A stretch of DNA of 64,000 nt from an uncultured bacterium. GTDB lineage: Bacteria > Patescibacteriota > Patescibacteriia > UBA1558 > GWA2-36-10. The translations under genes and the position numbers were made by a program. Position 1 is the first letter of the stretch; every line of letters begins with the position of its first letter. Under the pieces are notes generated by a model that saw only the letters and a list, made by a program, of their open reading frames with translations, had not been told where the DNA came from and did no database searches. Positions 39,312 to 49,869 of this stretch are shown here, in pieces. The DNA lies in contig CAINYB010000007.1 in the NCBI GenBank assembly GCA_903855135.1, positions 8,402-72,401 on the forward strand, in the 5' to 3' direction.

Positions 39312-40628
39312 ATGTTTAACAAAAAAATTATTTCTTTTAGTCTTTTTGTGCTAACTTTAGTTTTTGCTTGGCAAGTAAACACTAAGTTAATTTTTGCACA
39401 AAGCGATGATACGACTAGCAACACTACTACTATCACTGAAGTCAGTAGTGATGATCTAGATATTAGTAACGAAGAAATCAAAGCACCAGGTGATGCTGGC
39501 TATTGGTGGAGTAAATTTAAACTTAGCACCAAAATTTTACTTACTACTAATGCTGTCAAAAAAGATGAATTAAAACTAAAGCAAGCTAATTTAGAATTAT
39601 TAGCGGCTAAAAAATTAGCGGAAAATAATCCTGATACAAATTTACAGGAAAAACTAAATGAAGCTTTAAAAAAATATCAAGCTAAAATGAACAAGGTAGA
39701 AGAAAAAATCAATACTTTGCCAGCTGAAAAAAAAGCTGAATTAATAAAAAAGCTTGATGAACAAACCTTAAAACAACAAGAAATTTTACGTAATTTAGGG
39801 TCTAAATTACCAGAAGAAGCTAAGACTAAAATAGAAACTTTACGAAAAGAACGTATCAATGCTTGGTACGAAAAAAATAAAACTAATCTAGAGCAAAGAT
39901 TGACTGCGGCAGCTGATGTTACTGATCAAGCAGATAGATTAGCTGGCTTAAAAGCCATGGCTAATCTAGAAGACCTCAAAGATGCTCTACCAGCTGAAGC
40001 AAGTTCTGAAATCGAAGCTACGCAAAATAAAACTCGCGATAGATTGATTGAAAAATTAAAAAATATTTCTGAACAGGAAAAAGAAAAAGTTAGTAAATAT
40101 TTACAAGAAGTAAAATTAACTGATGTCCAAAAAATCAAATTAACCGAAACTCTATCTTCAGCCCCACAAGGATCTGTTTTAAGCACCGAAGCTATCCAGA
40201 CTAAAGCATCTTTAATGGCTAAACTCAAAGAAAAATTTAATAGTTTAGATGATAGTCAAAAAGAAAAATTTTTACAACAAAATATCAACACTGGCCAAAA
40301 TGCTGAAGCTGTCAAAATCAAAATTATCAATGAACTAAGATCAGAAGCTTCTAGCGAACTAAAAACTAAACTAGAAAAATTAAAAATAGAACAACAAGAA
40401 CAACTAAAAGAAAGAATTAAAAAAATAGATGATAGTGACGATTTGGATGAATTAGAAGATGATAGTAGAAATTTGCCAATCATCAAAAAAGAAATGGAAG
40501 CAAAAAAATTAGAACTTCTTAAAAAAGAAAGAGAAAACAACCGTGAAGCTGAAAAACAAAGATTAGAAATTTTAAAGAAAAAACAAGAGTTAGAACGTGA
40601 ACGCTTAAAACAACGAAACGAAGACTAA
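39312..40628 (+). CDS. Secreted Lys/Glu-rich coiled-coil protein
   Basis: N-terminal signal/TM; low-complexity KE-rich repeats; terminator 40634-40670. Confidence 0.4.
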   Translation: MFNKKIISFSLFVLTLVFAWQVNTKLIFAQSDDTTSNTTTITEVSSDDLDISNEEIKAPGDAGYWWSKFKLSTKILLTTNAVKKDELKLKQANLELLAAKKLAENNPDTNLQEKLNEALKKYQAKMNKVEEKINTLPAEKKAELIKKLDEQTLKQQEILRNLGSKLPEEAKTKIETLRKERINAWYEKNKTNLEQRLTAAADVTDQADRLAGLKAMANLEDLKDALPAEASSEIEATQNKTRDRLIEKLKNISEQEKEKVSKYLQEVKLTDVQKIKLTETLSSAPQGSVLSTEAIQTKASLMAKLKEKFNSLDDSQKEKFLQQNINTGQNAEAVKIKIINELRSEASSELKTKLEKLKIEQQEQLKERIKKIDDSDDLDELEDDSRNLPIIKKEMEAKKLELLKKERENNREAEKQRLEILKKKQELERERLKQRNED

Positions 40629-40633
40629 AGATA

Positions 40634-40670
40634 ATTAATCCCCCGCTACGCGGGGGATTTTTTGTGATAG
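40634..40670 (+). terminator. Intrinsic terminator
   Basis: aatcccccgc-tac-gcgggggatt followed by TTTTTTG. Confidence 0.6.
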
Positions 40671-40737
40671 TTTAAGCTGCGGAGGATTTTTTATTTATAT
40701 TGATTTTTTTGATAAACGCTGTTAAAATGCCAAAGCT

Positions 40738-42066
40738 ATGAAAGATAAAAAATTCCATTTAATAGTCTTTGGCTGCCAGATGAATATCTCTGACGCCGAA
40801 CGTCTAGCTACCACCTTAAAATCTCTGGGCTACCAAGAAACAGATAATGAGGCTGATGCTGACTTGATCGGCGTAGTGGCTTGTTCGGTCAAACAAACAG
40901 CTGTGGACAGAATATATGGCAAAGTGCACAATTGGCAACTCGTCAAAGAAAAAAGACCACTGATCACTATGCTGTCTGGCTGTGTGCTTGATTATGATCG
41001 CCAGAAATTACAAGATAAATTTGATATTTTTCTAGACATCAAAAAGCTAGATACTCTAGCTGAAGAAATAAAAAAAGCAGCCCCAGAGGAAAAATTAGCC
41101 CTGCCCAGCTTCTTTGACATCAAGCCTAGCTATTATTCTAGCTACCGCGCTTATGTACCTATTATGACTGGCTGTAACAAATTTTGCTCTTACTGCGCTG
41201 TGCCATATACTCGTGGCCGAGAAGTATCTAGACCAAGTGCTAGTATTATCTCTGAAATAAAAGAATTATTAGAAAAAGGTTACAAAGAGATAATTTTGCT
41301 AGGTCAAAATGTAAATTCTTATGGCTTGGATAAAGCTTCCGCCAGAGGCGGATCCGCCTCTGGCGGAGGCGAAGAAGAATTAAATTTTCCACAATTATTA
41401 AAACAAATTGATAACTTAGGCGATCATTTTTGGCTAAAATTTTTAACTTCTCATCCTTATGACATGTCTGATGAATTAATTGAAGTCATGAAGCATGGTG
41501 AAAATATCAATCACTATTTACATTTACCAGTCCAGTCAGGCTCTGATGAGATATTAAAAAAAATGAATCGCCACTACTCTATCGAACATTATACGGAATT
41601 AATAAAAAAAATCCGTACTGCCCTACCAGATGTCTCCATCTCTACTGACTTAATCGTCGGCTTTGCTGGTGAGACAGAAGCTGATTTCAAAGTTACAGAA
41701 AAATTAGTTCGCGATTTAAAATTTAATTTATCTTTTACTTCACAATACTCACAAAGAACTGGCACAGTAGCAGCTAAACTTTATCCTGATGATGTATCAC
41801 AAGAAACCAAAAAAGAACGTTTTAATATCGTCAATAACCAAATCGGAAAAAATGCTAAACTATATAATCAAACTTTAGTAGGAAAAACTTTTGAAGCTTT
41901 GATTGATGTCGTAAATTGTGAAGAAAAAAAATGTAAAAATATTGGTAAACTAGCCAACTATACTGCTGTGCATGTGATCACCAAAGAGCCACTCAAAGTT
42001 GGCGGGTTTTATCAAGTGAAAATAACTCAAGCTGATGCTTGGGGAGTTTTGGCAAATTTAACATAA
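40738..42066 (+). CDS. miaB: tRNA methylthiotransferase (MiaB-like radical SAM MTTase)
   Basis: MTTase N-domain; CNKFCSYC (Cx3Cx2C); TRAM-like C-terminus; adjacent to miaA; Gly/Ser-rich insert ASARGGSASGGG. Confidence 0.75.
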   Translation: MKDKKFHLIVFGCQMNISDAERLATTLKSLGYQETDNEADADLIGVVACSVKQTAVDRIYGKVHNWQLVKEKRPLITMLSGCVLDYDRQKLQDKFDIFLDIKKLDTLAEEIKKAAPEEKLALPSFFDIKPSYYSSYRAYVPIMTGCNKFCSYCAVPYTRGREVSRPSASIISEIKELLEKGYKEIILLGQNVNSYGLDKASARGGSASGGGEEELNFPQLLKQIDNLGDHFWLKFLTSHPYDMSDELIEVMKHGENINHYLHLPVQSGSDEILKKMNRHYSIEHYTELIKKIRTALPDVSISTDLIVGFAGETEADFKVTEKLVRDLKFNLSFTSQYSQRTGTVAAKLYPDDVSQETKKERFNIVNNQIGKNAKLYNQTLVGKTFEALIDVVNCEEKKCKNIGKLANYTAVHVITKEPLKVGGFYQVKITQADAWGVLANLT

Positions 42067-42103
42067 AAATAAAAGGCCCGTCCGTAGACGAGCCTTGTGG
42101 TTG

Positions 42104-42493
42104 TCATAGCAAGATCAAGTCTCGCAGTAAACTAAGCTTGACTGGCTTGGAAAGAAATTGCGCACCAAGATTGCAACACCGCAAAGAATATTCCATATGC
42201 GTGTCTATTTCGCCAGAGATCATGATTAAATGTCGCTTCGGCAAATTCGGTACTTCTTGCATTGTCCGCAAAACATCAAAACCATTAAAATTGGGCATAT
42301 TCAGATCCGTGATCACACTGTTGATGCTATAATGCTGTATGGCTGACCGCAGATCTAAAAGCCAAGTATCCCGACTTGCCAATATTGGTAAATGCCAAAT
42401 ACCCAAACTCTTCATAAGCTCAACATACACCTCAAGTTGATTGACGTCATCGTCAACCAACAAGAAGGCTGGCTTGACATTTTGTTCTGACAT
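42104..42493 (-). CDS. Stand-alone response-regulator receiver (REC) domain protein
   Basis: 129 aa; acidic pocket LLVDDD, phospho-acceptor D in ITDLNMP, conserved K in LSKP; AAGGAGG SD; elevated GC; no adjacent kinase. Confidence 0.65.
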   Translation of the reverse strand: MSEQNVKPAFLLVDDDVNQLEVYVELMKSLGIWHLPILASRDTWLLDLRSAIQHYSINSVITDLNMPNFNGFDVLRTMQEVPNLPKRHLIMISGEIDTHMEYSLRCCNLGAQFLSKPVKLSLLRDLILL

Positions 42494-42575
42494 GTGCTAC
42501 CTCCTTTGGAAAAGAGCCAAACCCCATTACTTAATGGAGTTTACATTTTCGCTATTTTAACATATACTTTTAAAT

Positions 42576-43493
42576 ATGTCAACTACTACACCTAAAAAAA
42601 TAGTAATCATTTTAGGTCCGACTGCCTCTGGTAAGTCTGATTTTGCTGTATTATTAGCCAAAAAATTCAATGCTGAGATTATTTCCGCTGATTCTAGACA
42701 AATCTATCAAGAGCTAAATATTGGCGCCAATAAAATCACTAAAGCCGAGAAAAAAGGCATTAAGCATTATTTACTAGATGTAGTCAAGCCAAATCAAGAA
42801 TTTAGTTTATATGACTGGCAACAAGCCGCTTTTAAAAATATTGAAAAAATTTTGAAGAAAAATAAAATCCCCATCATTGTCGGTGGCACTGGACTTTATC
42901 TGTCCTCTATTTTACAAAATTATCAATTACCGGCTACTAATAAAGAATTAAGAAGTGAATTAAATAAACTGAGTTTAGACAAATTAATTACTAAACTCAA
43001 AAAAATAAATCCAGAGATAATAAAAAAAATTGATTTACAAAATAAAATTCATGTCGTGCGTGCTTTGGAATACGCGATTGCCTTTCATGATGATCTCAGT
43101 GCTAATCAAAAAACCAGTCAGTGTCCTTATGATTATTTAATTTTGGGCTTAAATCCAGGTAAAGAAAAACTTTATCAAAAAATAAACCAACGTGTAGATG
43201 TCATGCTAAAAAATGGTCTACTAGAAGAAAGCCAAAGGCTCCTTACCAAATATCTCCCGACGGGCGATATTTCCCCTGCTTTGTCTGGCATTGGTTACCA
43301 AGAAATAATCAAATATTTAAATAAAGAATTAAGTTTAGAAGAAGCAATAGAATTAATTAAAAAAAATACTCGACATTATGCCAAGCGTCAAATGACTTGG
43401 TTCCGACGCATGGAAAAACAAGGTTTAAAAATAAACTGGAATAAAACTTTCACCGAAGCCGAAAACTTAATCAAAGATTTTCTCAAAAAATAA
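42576..43493 (+). CDS. miaA: tRNA dimethylallyltransferase
   Basis: P-loop GPTASGKS; DSRQIYQ motif. Confidence 0.85.
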   Translation: MSTTTPKKIVIILGPTASGKSDFAVLLAKKFNAEIISADSRQIYQELNIGANKITKAEKKGIKHYLLDVVKPNQEFSLYDWQQAAFKNIEKILKKNKIPIIVGGTGLYLSSILQNYQLPATNKELRSELNKLSLDKLITKLKKINPEIIKKIDLQNKIHVVRALEYAIAFHDDLSANQKTSQCPYDYLILGLNPGKEKLYQKINQRVDVMLKNGLLEESQRLLTKYLPTGDISPALSGIGYQEIIKYLNKELSLEEAIELIKKNTRHYAKRQMTWFRRMEKQGLKINWNKTFTEAENLIKDFLKK

Positions 43494-43525
43494 GCCCCGA
43501 GTTTATCTCGGGGATATTTTATTTT
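43494..43525. terminator. Bidirectional terminator between miaA and gatB
   Basis: ccccgag-tttat-ctcgggg followed by ATATTTTATTTTTT. Confidence 0.55.
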
Positions 43526-44987
43526 TTATAATCTCCTCTATCTTCTGCGGATTAGCCTTACCTTTACTTTCGGCCATAACTTTACCGACAAAAAACTTTA
43601 ATAATGCTTCTTTGCCATTTTTTAATTCTGCTAATTGTTCTGGATAAAGCATAAAAACTTTTACTACCAAGTCTTCTAGCGTCGCTAAATCATCTATCTG
43701 ACCTAAATCTAGTTTTTCTAACAAATGGCTTGGGTCGTCTCCGGTTTCAAACATTTGTGCCAAAATAGTTTGCCCAGCACTACTATTTATAGTATGATCA
43801 TAAATCAAGCTTAAAAACTCTGCCATATTTTCTGGCGTAATTTTTAAATCACTAAATTTAAAATCATTTGCTAATAATTTAAATACCTCTGATGTCAACC
43901 AACTACAAGTAAGTTTAGCTAATTTAGCTTTATTATTTTCCCAAGGCACTTCTGCTTTTTGCTCAAACCAAATCGCTAATTCAGAAATAACACTTTCAAA
44001 ATAATCCGCCCAATCTTTATTTTTAACTAAGACTTCTACTTCATTAAAATTTAAATCATATTCACTCATCAAACGCGCCAATTTTGCCTGTGGTAATTCT
44101 GGCATCGAAGCTTTACTATGAACTAATAATTCATCACTTATAATCAGTGGCGGTAAATCTGGCTCAGGAAAATAGCGATAATCACTCGAACCCTCTTTAG
44201 TGCGTTGCTCTACTGTCACTTGTTTATTTTCATCCCAGCCACGAGTAGAAGTAAAATTTGGCGCAGCTTTTTGCTCCCAAAGTTCAGTTTGTCTCTTTAC
44301 TTCGTATTGCAAAGCTCTTTCCACTGATCGAAAAGAGTTGAGATTTTTCACTTCTGTTTTAGGATAAAATTTTATGTCCCCCATTGGTCGTAAAGAAATA
44401 TTGGCATCGCACCTTAAATGTCCTTTTTCCATATCTGCTTCTGAGACACCTAAGTAACGTGCTAATAATCTCAAATCTTGTAAAAATATTTTAGCTTCAG
44501 CTGGATCTCTAAAATCTGGTTTAGAAACAATCTCCGCTAAGGGTGTGCCAGCTCTATTAAAATCCACTAAAGTCTGGCCGTCTTGATGAATATTTTTAGC
44601 GGCATCTTCTTCTAAATGCAATCTTTCGATACCAATTCTTTTTTGCTTACCATCATGATTGATAATCACAAAACCATTCACCGCCAAAGGTTGATCAAAC
44701 TGCGAGATCTGATAGCCCTTTGGTAAATCAGGATAAAAATAATTTTTACGATCAAACTTTGAAGTTTGGTTAATCTGACAATGCAAAGCTAAAGCAAAAT
44801 TTAAGCCAAACTTCACTGCTGACTGATTAACAGCTGGCAAAGTACCAGGATGTCCTAAACAAATCGGACAAATAGTAGTATTGACCGGCTGATTTTCACC
44901 ATCATTAGAGCAAGCACAAAACATCTTGCTTTTTGTTTTGAGCTGTAAGTGAATCTCCAAACCAATGATTGTTTCTAATTTATTCAT
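43503..44987 (-). CDS. gatB: Asp/Glu-tRNA amidotransferase subunit B
   Basis: Canonical GatB N-terminus IIGLEIHLQL; YqeY-like tail. Confidence 0.9.
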   Translation of the reverse strand: MNKLETIIGLEIHLQLKTKSKMFCACSNDGENQPVNTTICPICLGHPGTLPAVNQSAVKFGLNFALALHCQINQTSKFDRKNYFYPDLPKGYQISQFDQPLAVNGFVIINHDGKQKRIGIERLHLEEDAAKNIHQDGQTLVDFNRAGTPLAEIVSKPDFRDPAEAKIFLQDLRLLARYLGVSEADMEKGHLRCDANISLRPMGDIKFYPKTEVKNLNSFRSVERALQYEVKRQTELWEQKAAPNFTSTRGWDENKQVTVEQRTKEGSSDYRYFPEPDLPPLIISDELLVHSKASMPELPQAKLARLMSEYDLNFNEVEVLVKNKDWADYFESVISELAIWFEQKAEVPWENNKAKLAKLTCSWLTSEVFKLLANDFKFSDLKITPENMAEFLSLIYDHTINSSAGQTILAQMFETGDDPSHLLEKLDLGQIDDLATLEDLVVKVFMLYPEQLAELKNGKEALLKFFVGKVMAESKGKANPQKIEEIIKNKISPR

Positions 44988-44999
44988 AATTGAATGCTA

Positions 45000-45644
45000 T
45001 CACCCACGGGGTGACCGCCCTGTGGGCGGTAAAATAAAACTAACTATTTTTTTAATATTCTCAGCTACCTCTTCAATGCTTTCAAAAGCAGGAATAATGT
45101 GCCAATTCTTTTTAGTTTTTACTTGGGTCAAATATCCAGTCCTTACTTTTTCATGAAAATCTTTTTTTTCCACATCAAGTCTATCAACTTTATATAATCT
45201 ATCTCTAGTTTCCGCTTGCTCGGGTGTGATGTCTAAATAAATTACTAAGTCTGGTTCAAGATTATCTTTAGCCCAATTATTCATCGTCACTATTTCTGCT
45301 AAATCTAGCTGTCTGGCTGCACCCTGATAAGCAAAAGTAGAACCATCAAAACGATCGCACAAAACTATTTTCCCGGCAGCCAAAGCCGGTTTTACTACCT
45401 CTTCGATATGTTGAGCTCGCGCTGCTAAAAAAAGTAATAGCTCTGTGCGTGCGTGCATCGCTGTATGCTCTTTATCTAAAATAAGAGCGCGAATTTTTTC
45501 AGCAATTTGTGAGCCATTACCGCCTGGTTCTCTAGTTAAAATCACATCAAAATTTTTAGACAACAAATACTGATGCAATAAGTTCAGTTGAGTGCTTTTT
45601 CCTGATTTTTCCCCTCCTTCAAAGACAATAAATCTTCCTTGCAT
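45000..45644 (-). CDS. tmk: Thymidylate kinase
   Basis: P-loop FEGGEKSGKSTQ; DRF motif (LCDRF). Confidence 0.85.
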   Translation of the reverse strand: MQGRFIVFEGGEKSGKSTQLNLLHQYLLSKNFDVILTREPGGNGSQIAEKIRALILDKEHTAMHARTELLLFLAARAQHIEEVVKPALAAGKIVLCDRFDGSTFAYQGAARQLDLAEIVTMNNWAKDNLEPDLVIYLDITPEQAETRDRLYKVDRLDVEKKDFHEKVRTGYLTQVKTKKNWHIIPAFESIEEVAENIKKIVSFILPPTGRSPRG

Positions 45645-45729
45645 AGGCTAAATATAGCATAATTTTTATGATAAAAAAAGACCGCCCCGGTGTCATCCTC
45701 GCGTATGCGGGGACCGGGGCGGTATCAGA

Positions 45730-46305
45730 CTAGGCACGTTGAGCCATTGCCTTGTTGAAACAAGAGCGACAAACGGGTTTATAGTCATCTCCAACTTCAA
45801 TATCGGCAGTAGAGCTAGAAACACGTAGACTATGAGAAGCCAGATGACCACAATACGCACAAATCGCATGCAACCTTTTATCAATGTCTGCTTCCGCTAA
45901 CAAATCGCCCACTCCCTTAAAATGTGTGCCGTCCCACTTTTTATCCAAAGCAGCGATCACAACACTAATGCCATGCATAGCCAACTCTTTGGCTAAGATT
46001 AAGAGCTCGTCTGTTTCCAAAAATTGAGCTTCATCGATAGCCACCACATCAAGTGGCTCATCTTTATGCTCATCTAGATACAGTCTTATCCCAGCCACAC
46101 TGTCTACTACCACGGCCTTCATTTTGCCACCATTGTGAGTAGTCACACAGTCATCGCCGGAACGTGTATCTACCTTTGGTTTGAAAATCACTCCTATTTT
46201 TTGAGCATGTGAAAAACGACGCATCGTACGCGTCAATTCTTCTGATTTACCAGCGTACATGCCGCCAGTAATCATCATGATCCATCCGCCTTGAAAATCC
46301 TCCAT
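45730..46305 (-). CDS. tdk: Thymidine kinase
   Basis: P-loop GGMYAGKSEE; IDEAQF; C-terminal zinc ribbon CAYCG...CRSC; flanked by GC-rich hairpins. Confidence 0.85.
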   Translation of the reverse strand: MEDFQGGWIMMITGGMYAGKSEELTRTMRRFSHAQKIGVIFKPKVDTRSGDDCVTTHNGGKMKAVVVDSVAGIRLYLDEHKDEPLDVVAIDEAQFLETDELLILAKELAMHGISVVIAALDKKWDGTHFKGVGDLLAEADIDKRLHAICAYCGHLASHSLRVSSSTADIEVGDDYKPVCRSCFNKAMAQRA

Positions 46306-46367
46306 TGTTCTGTCTCCTTATGTTATGAACTTTGTTTCTAAATTTTTACCCCGTTGAATAATCGGGG

Positions 46368-46790
46368 TTAATAACCGGAAGAATTAAAACCTTTTTCTCC
46401 TCGATTAGTGTCTGATAATTCTTCTACTTCTTCAAATTCTGTAATTTCTATTTTTTGAATTAACATCTGCGCAACTCTATCACCTGTTTTAATCTGATAA
46501 TCAGTTTGTGATAAATTGGTCATCACAATGCCAATCTCACCACGATAATTACTATCTATAATTCCTGCTAAAGTATGTAGCGCGTGTTTAGCTGACATCC
46601 CAGAACGATCACGAATATTACCGACAAAACCAACGGGAATTTCTAGCGCTAAGCCAGTGGGAATTATTTTTGTTTCTCCAGGATGCAATAAAACATCTTC
46701 ACAAGTAGCTAAATCAAAAGCTGCATCACCTTGACGCATCATCTGCGGTAAAATTGCATTAGCTTTTAATTTTTTTACTTTTATTTTCAT
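46368..46790 (-). CDS. dut: dUTP diphosphatase
   Basis: dUTPase motifs: AAFDL, RSG, IIDSNYRGEIG, GDRVAQ, RGEKGFNSSG. Confidence 0.85.
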   Translation of the reverse strand: MKIKVKKLKANAILPQMMRQGDAAFDLATCEDVLLHPGETKIIPTGLALEIPVGFVGNIRDRSGMSAKHALHTLAGIIDSNYRGEIGIVMTNLSQTDYQIKTGDRVAQMLIQKIEITEFEEVEELSDTNRGEKGFNSSGY

Positions 46791-47263
46791 GATTTTATTA
46801 ATTCTAAAAATTTATATTTTAAGCCTTGAGCATTTTGTTGCTCTTCCTCTTTAATAATTTGAAAATTACTATAGTTTGGAAACCACACGTCAGCCTGGTA
46901 TTCAGCGTCGATAATAGTCAAATATATTTTATCTACTAATTTAATAGCTTGCTCATAAACACTAGCACCACCGATAAAAAATACTTCAGCTTGATCTTTG
47001 CTTTTGGCAAATTCTAAAGCTTTATCTAAATCATCAAACACAAAACAATCTGCTGCTGTAAAATTTTTGTCTTGAGACAAAACTATATTGACGCGATTTG
47101 GTAAAGCTCTGCCAATAGACAAATAAGTATTTTGCCCCATGATCACTGGATGACCAGAAGTAATTTTTTTAAAATGAGCTAAATCTTCAGGCAAATGTAC
47201 TAACAATTTATTTTGATAGCCTAAAGCTCTGTTTTTGTCTATCGCTGCAATAATGCTAATCAT
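46787..47263 (-). CDS. folA: Dihydrofolate reductase
   Basis: IAAIDKNRALG N-terminus; PVIMGQNTY; GGASVY. Confidence 0.8.
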   Translation of the reverse strand: MISIIAAIDKNRALGYQNKLLVHLPEDLAHFKKITSGHPVIMGQNTYLSIGRALPNRVNIVLSQDKNFTAADCFVFDDLDKALEFAKSKDQAEVFFIGGASVYEQAIKLVDKIYLTIIDAEYQADVWFPNYSNFQIIKEEEQQNAQGLKYKFLELIKS

Positions 47264-47268
47264 ATATT

Positions 47269-48150
47269 TTATACGGCAATTGGTGCCTTAATGCTAGAAT
47301 ATGACTCATAGCCTTCTAAAATAAAATCTTCATACTTAAAAGAAAAAATATCTTTAACTTCTTTGTTGATTTTCATAGTTGGTAATTTTTTTGGTATACG
47401 AGATAACTGTAAATCTACTTGCTCAAAATGATTTTTATAAATATGCACATCACCAAAAGTATGGACAAAATCACCTAAACCCAAATTCGTCACTTGCGCT
47501 ATCATCATCGTCAGTAAGGCATAAGAAGCAATATTAAATGGCACTCCTAAAAAAACATCCGCACTTCTTTGATACATCTGACAAGATAGTTTATTATCAC
47601 TGACATAAAACTGGAATAAAGCGTGGCAAGGTGGCAACATCATGCTATCTGCTTGTACTGGATTGTAAGTCACGACCATGATGCGACGTGAATCTGGATT
47701 TTTTTTCAGTGTGTCTACTACATTTTGTATTTGATCAATGCCTTGACTATTAAAATTGCGCCACTGATAGCCATAGACCGGCCCTAAATCTGCCCATTTG
47801 AGAGCAAAGTCATGATCATCTTTAATTTTTTGGATAAACTCTTCTTGGCTCAAAAGATAGCTATGATCTACACCCATCTTTTTTTTGTATTCAGCATATG
47901 GCCAAGCATCCCAAATATGCACATCATTATCTACTAAATATTTGATATTTGTATCCCCCGCTAAAAACCAAAGTAATTCATGAATAATGCCTTTTAAAAA
48001 AACTTTTTTAGTAGTAAGCAAGGGAAAACCCGCGTTTAAATCAAATCTTAATTGAGCACCAAAAAGACTGCGAGTTCCAGTTCCGGTTCTATCAGCTTTA
48101 TCGTGTCCTTCGTTTTTTATTTTCTGTAGCAAGTCTAAATACTGTCGCAT
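47269..48150 (-). CDS. thyA: Thymidylate synthase (ThyA type)
   Basis: DRTGTGT; active-site [11 protein letters not shown]. Confidence 0.9.
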   Translation of the reverse strand: MRQYLDLLQKIKNEGHDKADRTGTGTRSLFGAQLRFDLNAGFPLLTTKKVFLKGIIHELLWFLAGDTNIKYLVDNDVHIWDAWPYAEYKKKMGVDHSYLLSQEEFIQKIKDDHDFALKWADLGPVYGYQWRNFNSQGIDQIQNVVDTLKKNPDSRRIMVVTYNPVQADSMMLPPCHALFQFYVSDNKLSCQMYQRSADVFLGVPFNIASYALLTMMIAQVTNLGLGDFVHTFGDVHIYKNHFEQVDLQLSRIPKKLPTMKINKEVKDIFSFKYEDFILEGYESYSSIKAPIAV

Positions 48151-48151
48151 C

Positions 48152-48694
48152 TTAATTTACTAGCTTATCTAATTGTTTTTGTAAATCTTCTAAACTGCCA
48201 TCATTATTAATAACTATATCAGCCGCTTTCATGGTATCTAAAATAGTAAGTTCTGTCTCTAACTGATGATCAGCTTGAAATTGTTCCCAAGTTTTATTTT
48301 GATCGTCAGAATTTTCATCTCGCTTTAACAATCTCTGATAACGAATCTTCATCTCAGATTCAATGGAAACTAATTTAAAATTCGGCAAAACTCGTAAATA
48401 TTTGACATCTTCCATACGTCTGATGCCGTCAACTACGATTAATTCTGCTTGAGAGTTTTCGACATCTTTGGCCATCACTTTGGCCATCAAATCTTGACCA
48501 AAAAATTCTCGCAACACTGTAGAAATGCCAGATAAATTTTCTCGTGAATGTTCCATGTATAGTCTGCTACAAACATCTCGCAACATCGTAGAAAAACGAA
48601 AAGTTTCCGCTTGATACTTTTCTTTGAGATATTGAGTGGCAGTGCCTTTACCGCAAGCGATTAAACCCGTAAAACCTAAAATTATTTTTGGCAT
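48152..48694 (-). CDS. P-loop (deoxy)nucleoside monophosphate kinase-like protein
   Basis: P-loop GLIACGKGT; C-terminal [12 protein letters not shown] closely resembles the phage T4 gp1 dNMP kinase C-terminus (...ITNDGSLEEL...); sits inside the thymidylate cluster. Confidence 0.45.
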   Translation of the reverse strand: MPKIILGFTGLIACGKGTATQYLKEKYQAETFRFSTMLRDVCSRLYMEHSRENLSGISTVLREFFGQDLMAKVMAKDVENSQAELIVVDGIRRMEDVKYLRVLPNFKLVSIESEMKIRYQRLLKRDENSDDQNKTWEQFQADHQLETELTILDTMKAADIVINNDGSLEDLQKQLDKLVN

Positions 48695-49170
48695 TATGCT
48701 AAAATTAATTTTTTACTTGGTGTATACTGACGATATTTCACACCAGCTAAATCAAATAATTTTCTGGCAGCAATAAAAATATCTTCATCATGATATTTAT
48801 CACTTTGATAAATTACTTCCTTTATACCATTTTGAATAATAGTTTTAGCACATTCATTACAAGGAAAAAGTCCACAATAAATTTTTGCGCCTTCACAAGA
48901 CTCATTAGCATTATAAATAGCGTTAGCTTCACCATGCACTACGTAGGGATATTTTGTATTTAAAAAATCGCCTTCTCTATCCCAAGGTAATTCTCCTTGC
49001 TCAATATTACGTGGCCAACCATTGTAGCCTAAACCTAAAACAACGTTATTTTGATTCACTATGACTGCTCCAACTTGAGTAGACGGATCTTTTGAGCGTT
49101 GAGAAGTTAAATCAGCCATTAACATAAAAGTATCATCCCAAGATAAAAAATTTTCTCTCCCTTTTTCCAT
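48694..49170 (-). CDS. dCMP deaminase
   Basis: Zinc motifs HGEANAI and PCNECAKTI (CDA fold); size typical of ComEB/dCMP deaminase. Confidence 0.8.
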   Translation of the reverse strand: MEKGRENFLSWDDTFMLMADLTSQRSKDPSTQVGAVIVNQNNVVLGLGYNGWPRNIEQGELPWDREGDFLNTKYPYVVHGEANAIYNANESCEGAKIYCGLFPCNECAKTIIQNGIKEVIYQSDKYHDEDIFIAARKLFDLAGVKYRQYTPSKKLILA

Positions 49171-49301
49171 ATATTTTTATTTGTTTACTCGCCCAGTGGG
49201 CGATGAATTATTATCCCTATTATTTTATCAAGCTTTAGTATGATTCGTAAAGTTGACAATAATGCCATTTTGTTGCCTGCTCCGCCGAAGCAAGGCGAGC
49301 C

Positions 49302-49847
49302 CTAAATTTTCTTTAGTTTTTTCTCCAAAATCTTATAGCTGGGTATGGTTTTAGCAACTTGCACCCAAAAAGCTTTGCTATGATTCATCTCTTGCAAATG
49401 ACAAAGCTCATGCACAATCACCATATCAGCTAAATCTTGAGGTAACAAACACAAACGATAGTTAAAATTTAAATTCTTTTTACTAGAGCACGATCCCCAA
49501 CGACTACTCTGATTTCTGACTGCTATTCTATTATATTGAAAATTATAAAATTGATTAAAATATTTTAAACGTTCTTCTACTAAAACTTTAGTTTGTTTTT
49601 TATATTTAGTGATTTCTAAAGCTGTATGTTTAAGAGAAAATAAACTATTTCTAGTTTTTATTTTTACCAAGCTATCCTCCAGCCAAGCTTGTTTAGTTTG
49701 TAAAAAATTTTTAATCAAAAACAAAGGATAGACTCTACCCACTGATAAAACAATCCGTCCGTCAGCCTTGACTGACAAACGTAAAGATCGCATGCCTTTT
49801 TTTCTTTTGATTTCTATCTGATGATTAAAAATGTTTACAAAACTCAT
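49302..49847 (-). CDS. YgjP-like metal-dependent hydrolase (DUF45/SprT-like, HExxH)
   Basis: HELCHLQEMNHS near the C-terminus; size and architecture of the YgjP family. Confidence 0.55.
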   Translation of the reverse strand: MSFVNIFNHQIEIKRKKGMRSLRLSVKADGRIVLSVGRVYPLFLIKNFLQTKQAWLEDSLVKIKTRNSLFSLKHTALEITKYKKQTKVLVEERLKYFNQFYNFQYNRIAVRNQSSRWGSCSSKKNLNFNYRLCLLPQDLADMVIVHELCHLQEMNHSKAFWVQVAKTIPSYKILEKKLKKI

Positions 49848-49869
49848 ATTTTATGCTATACAAAAGTCA

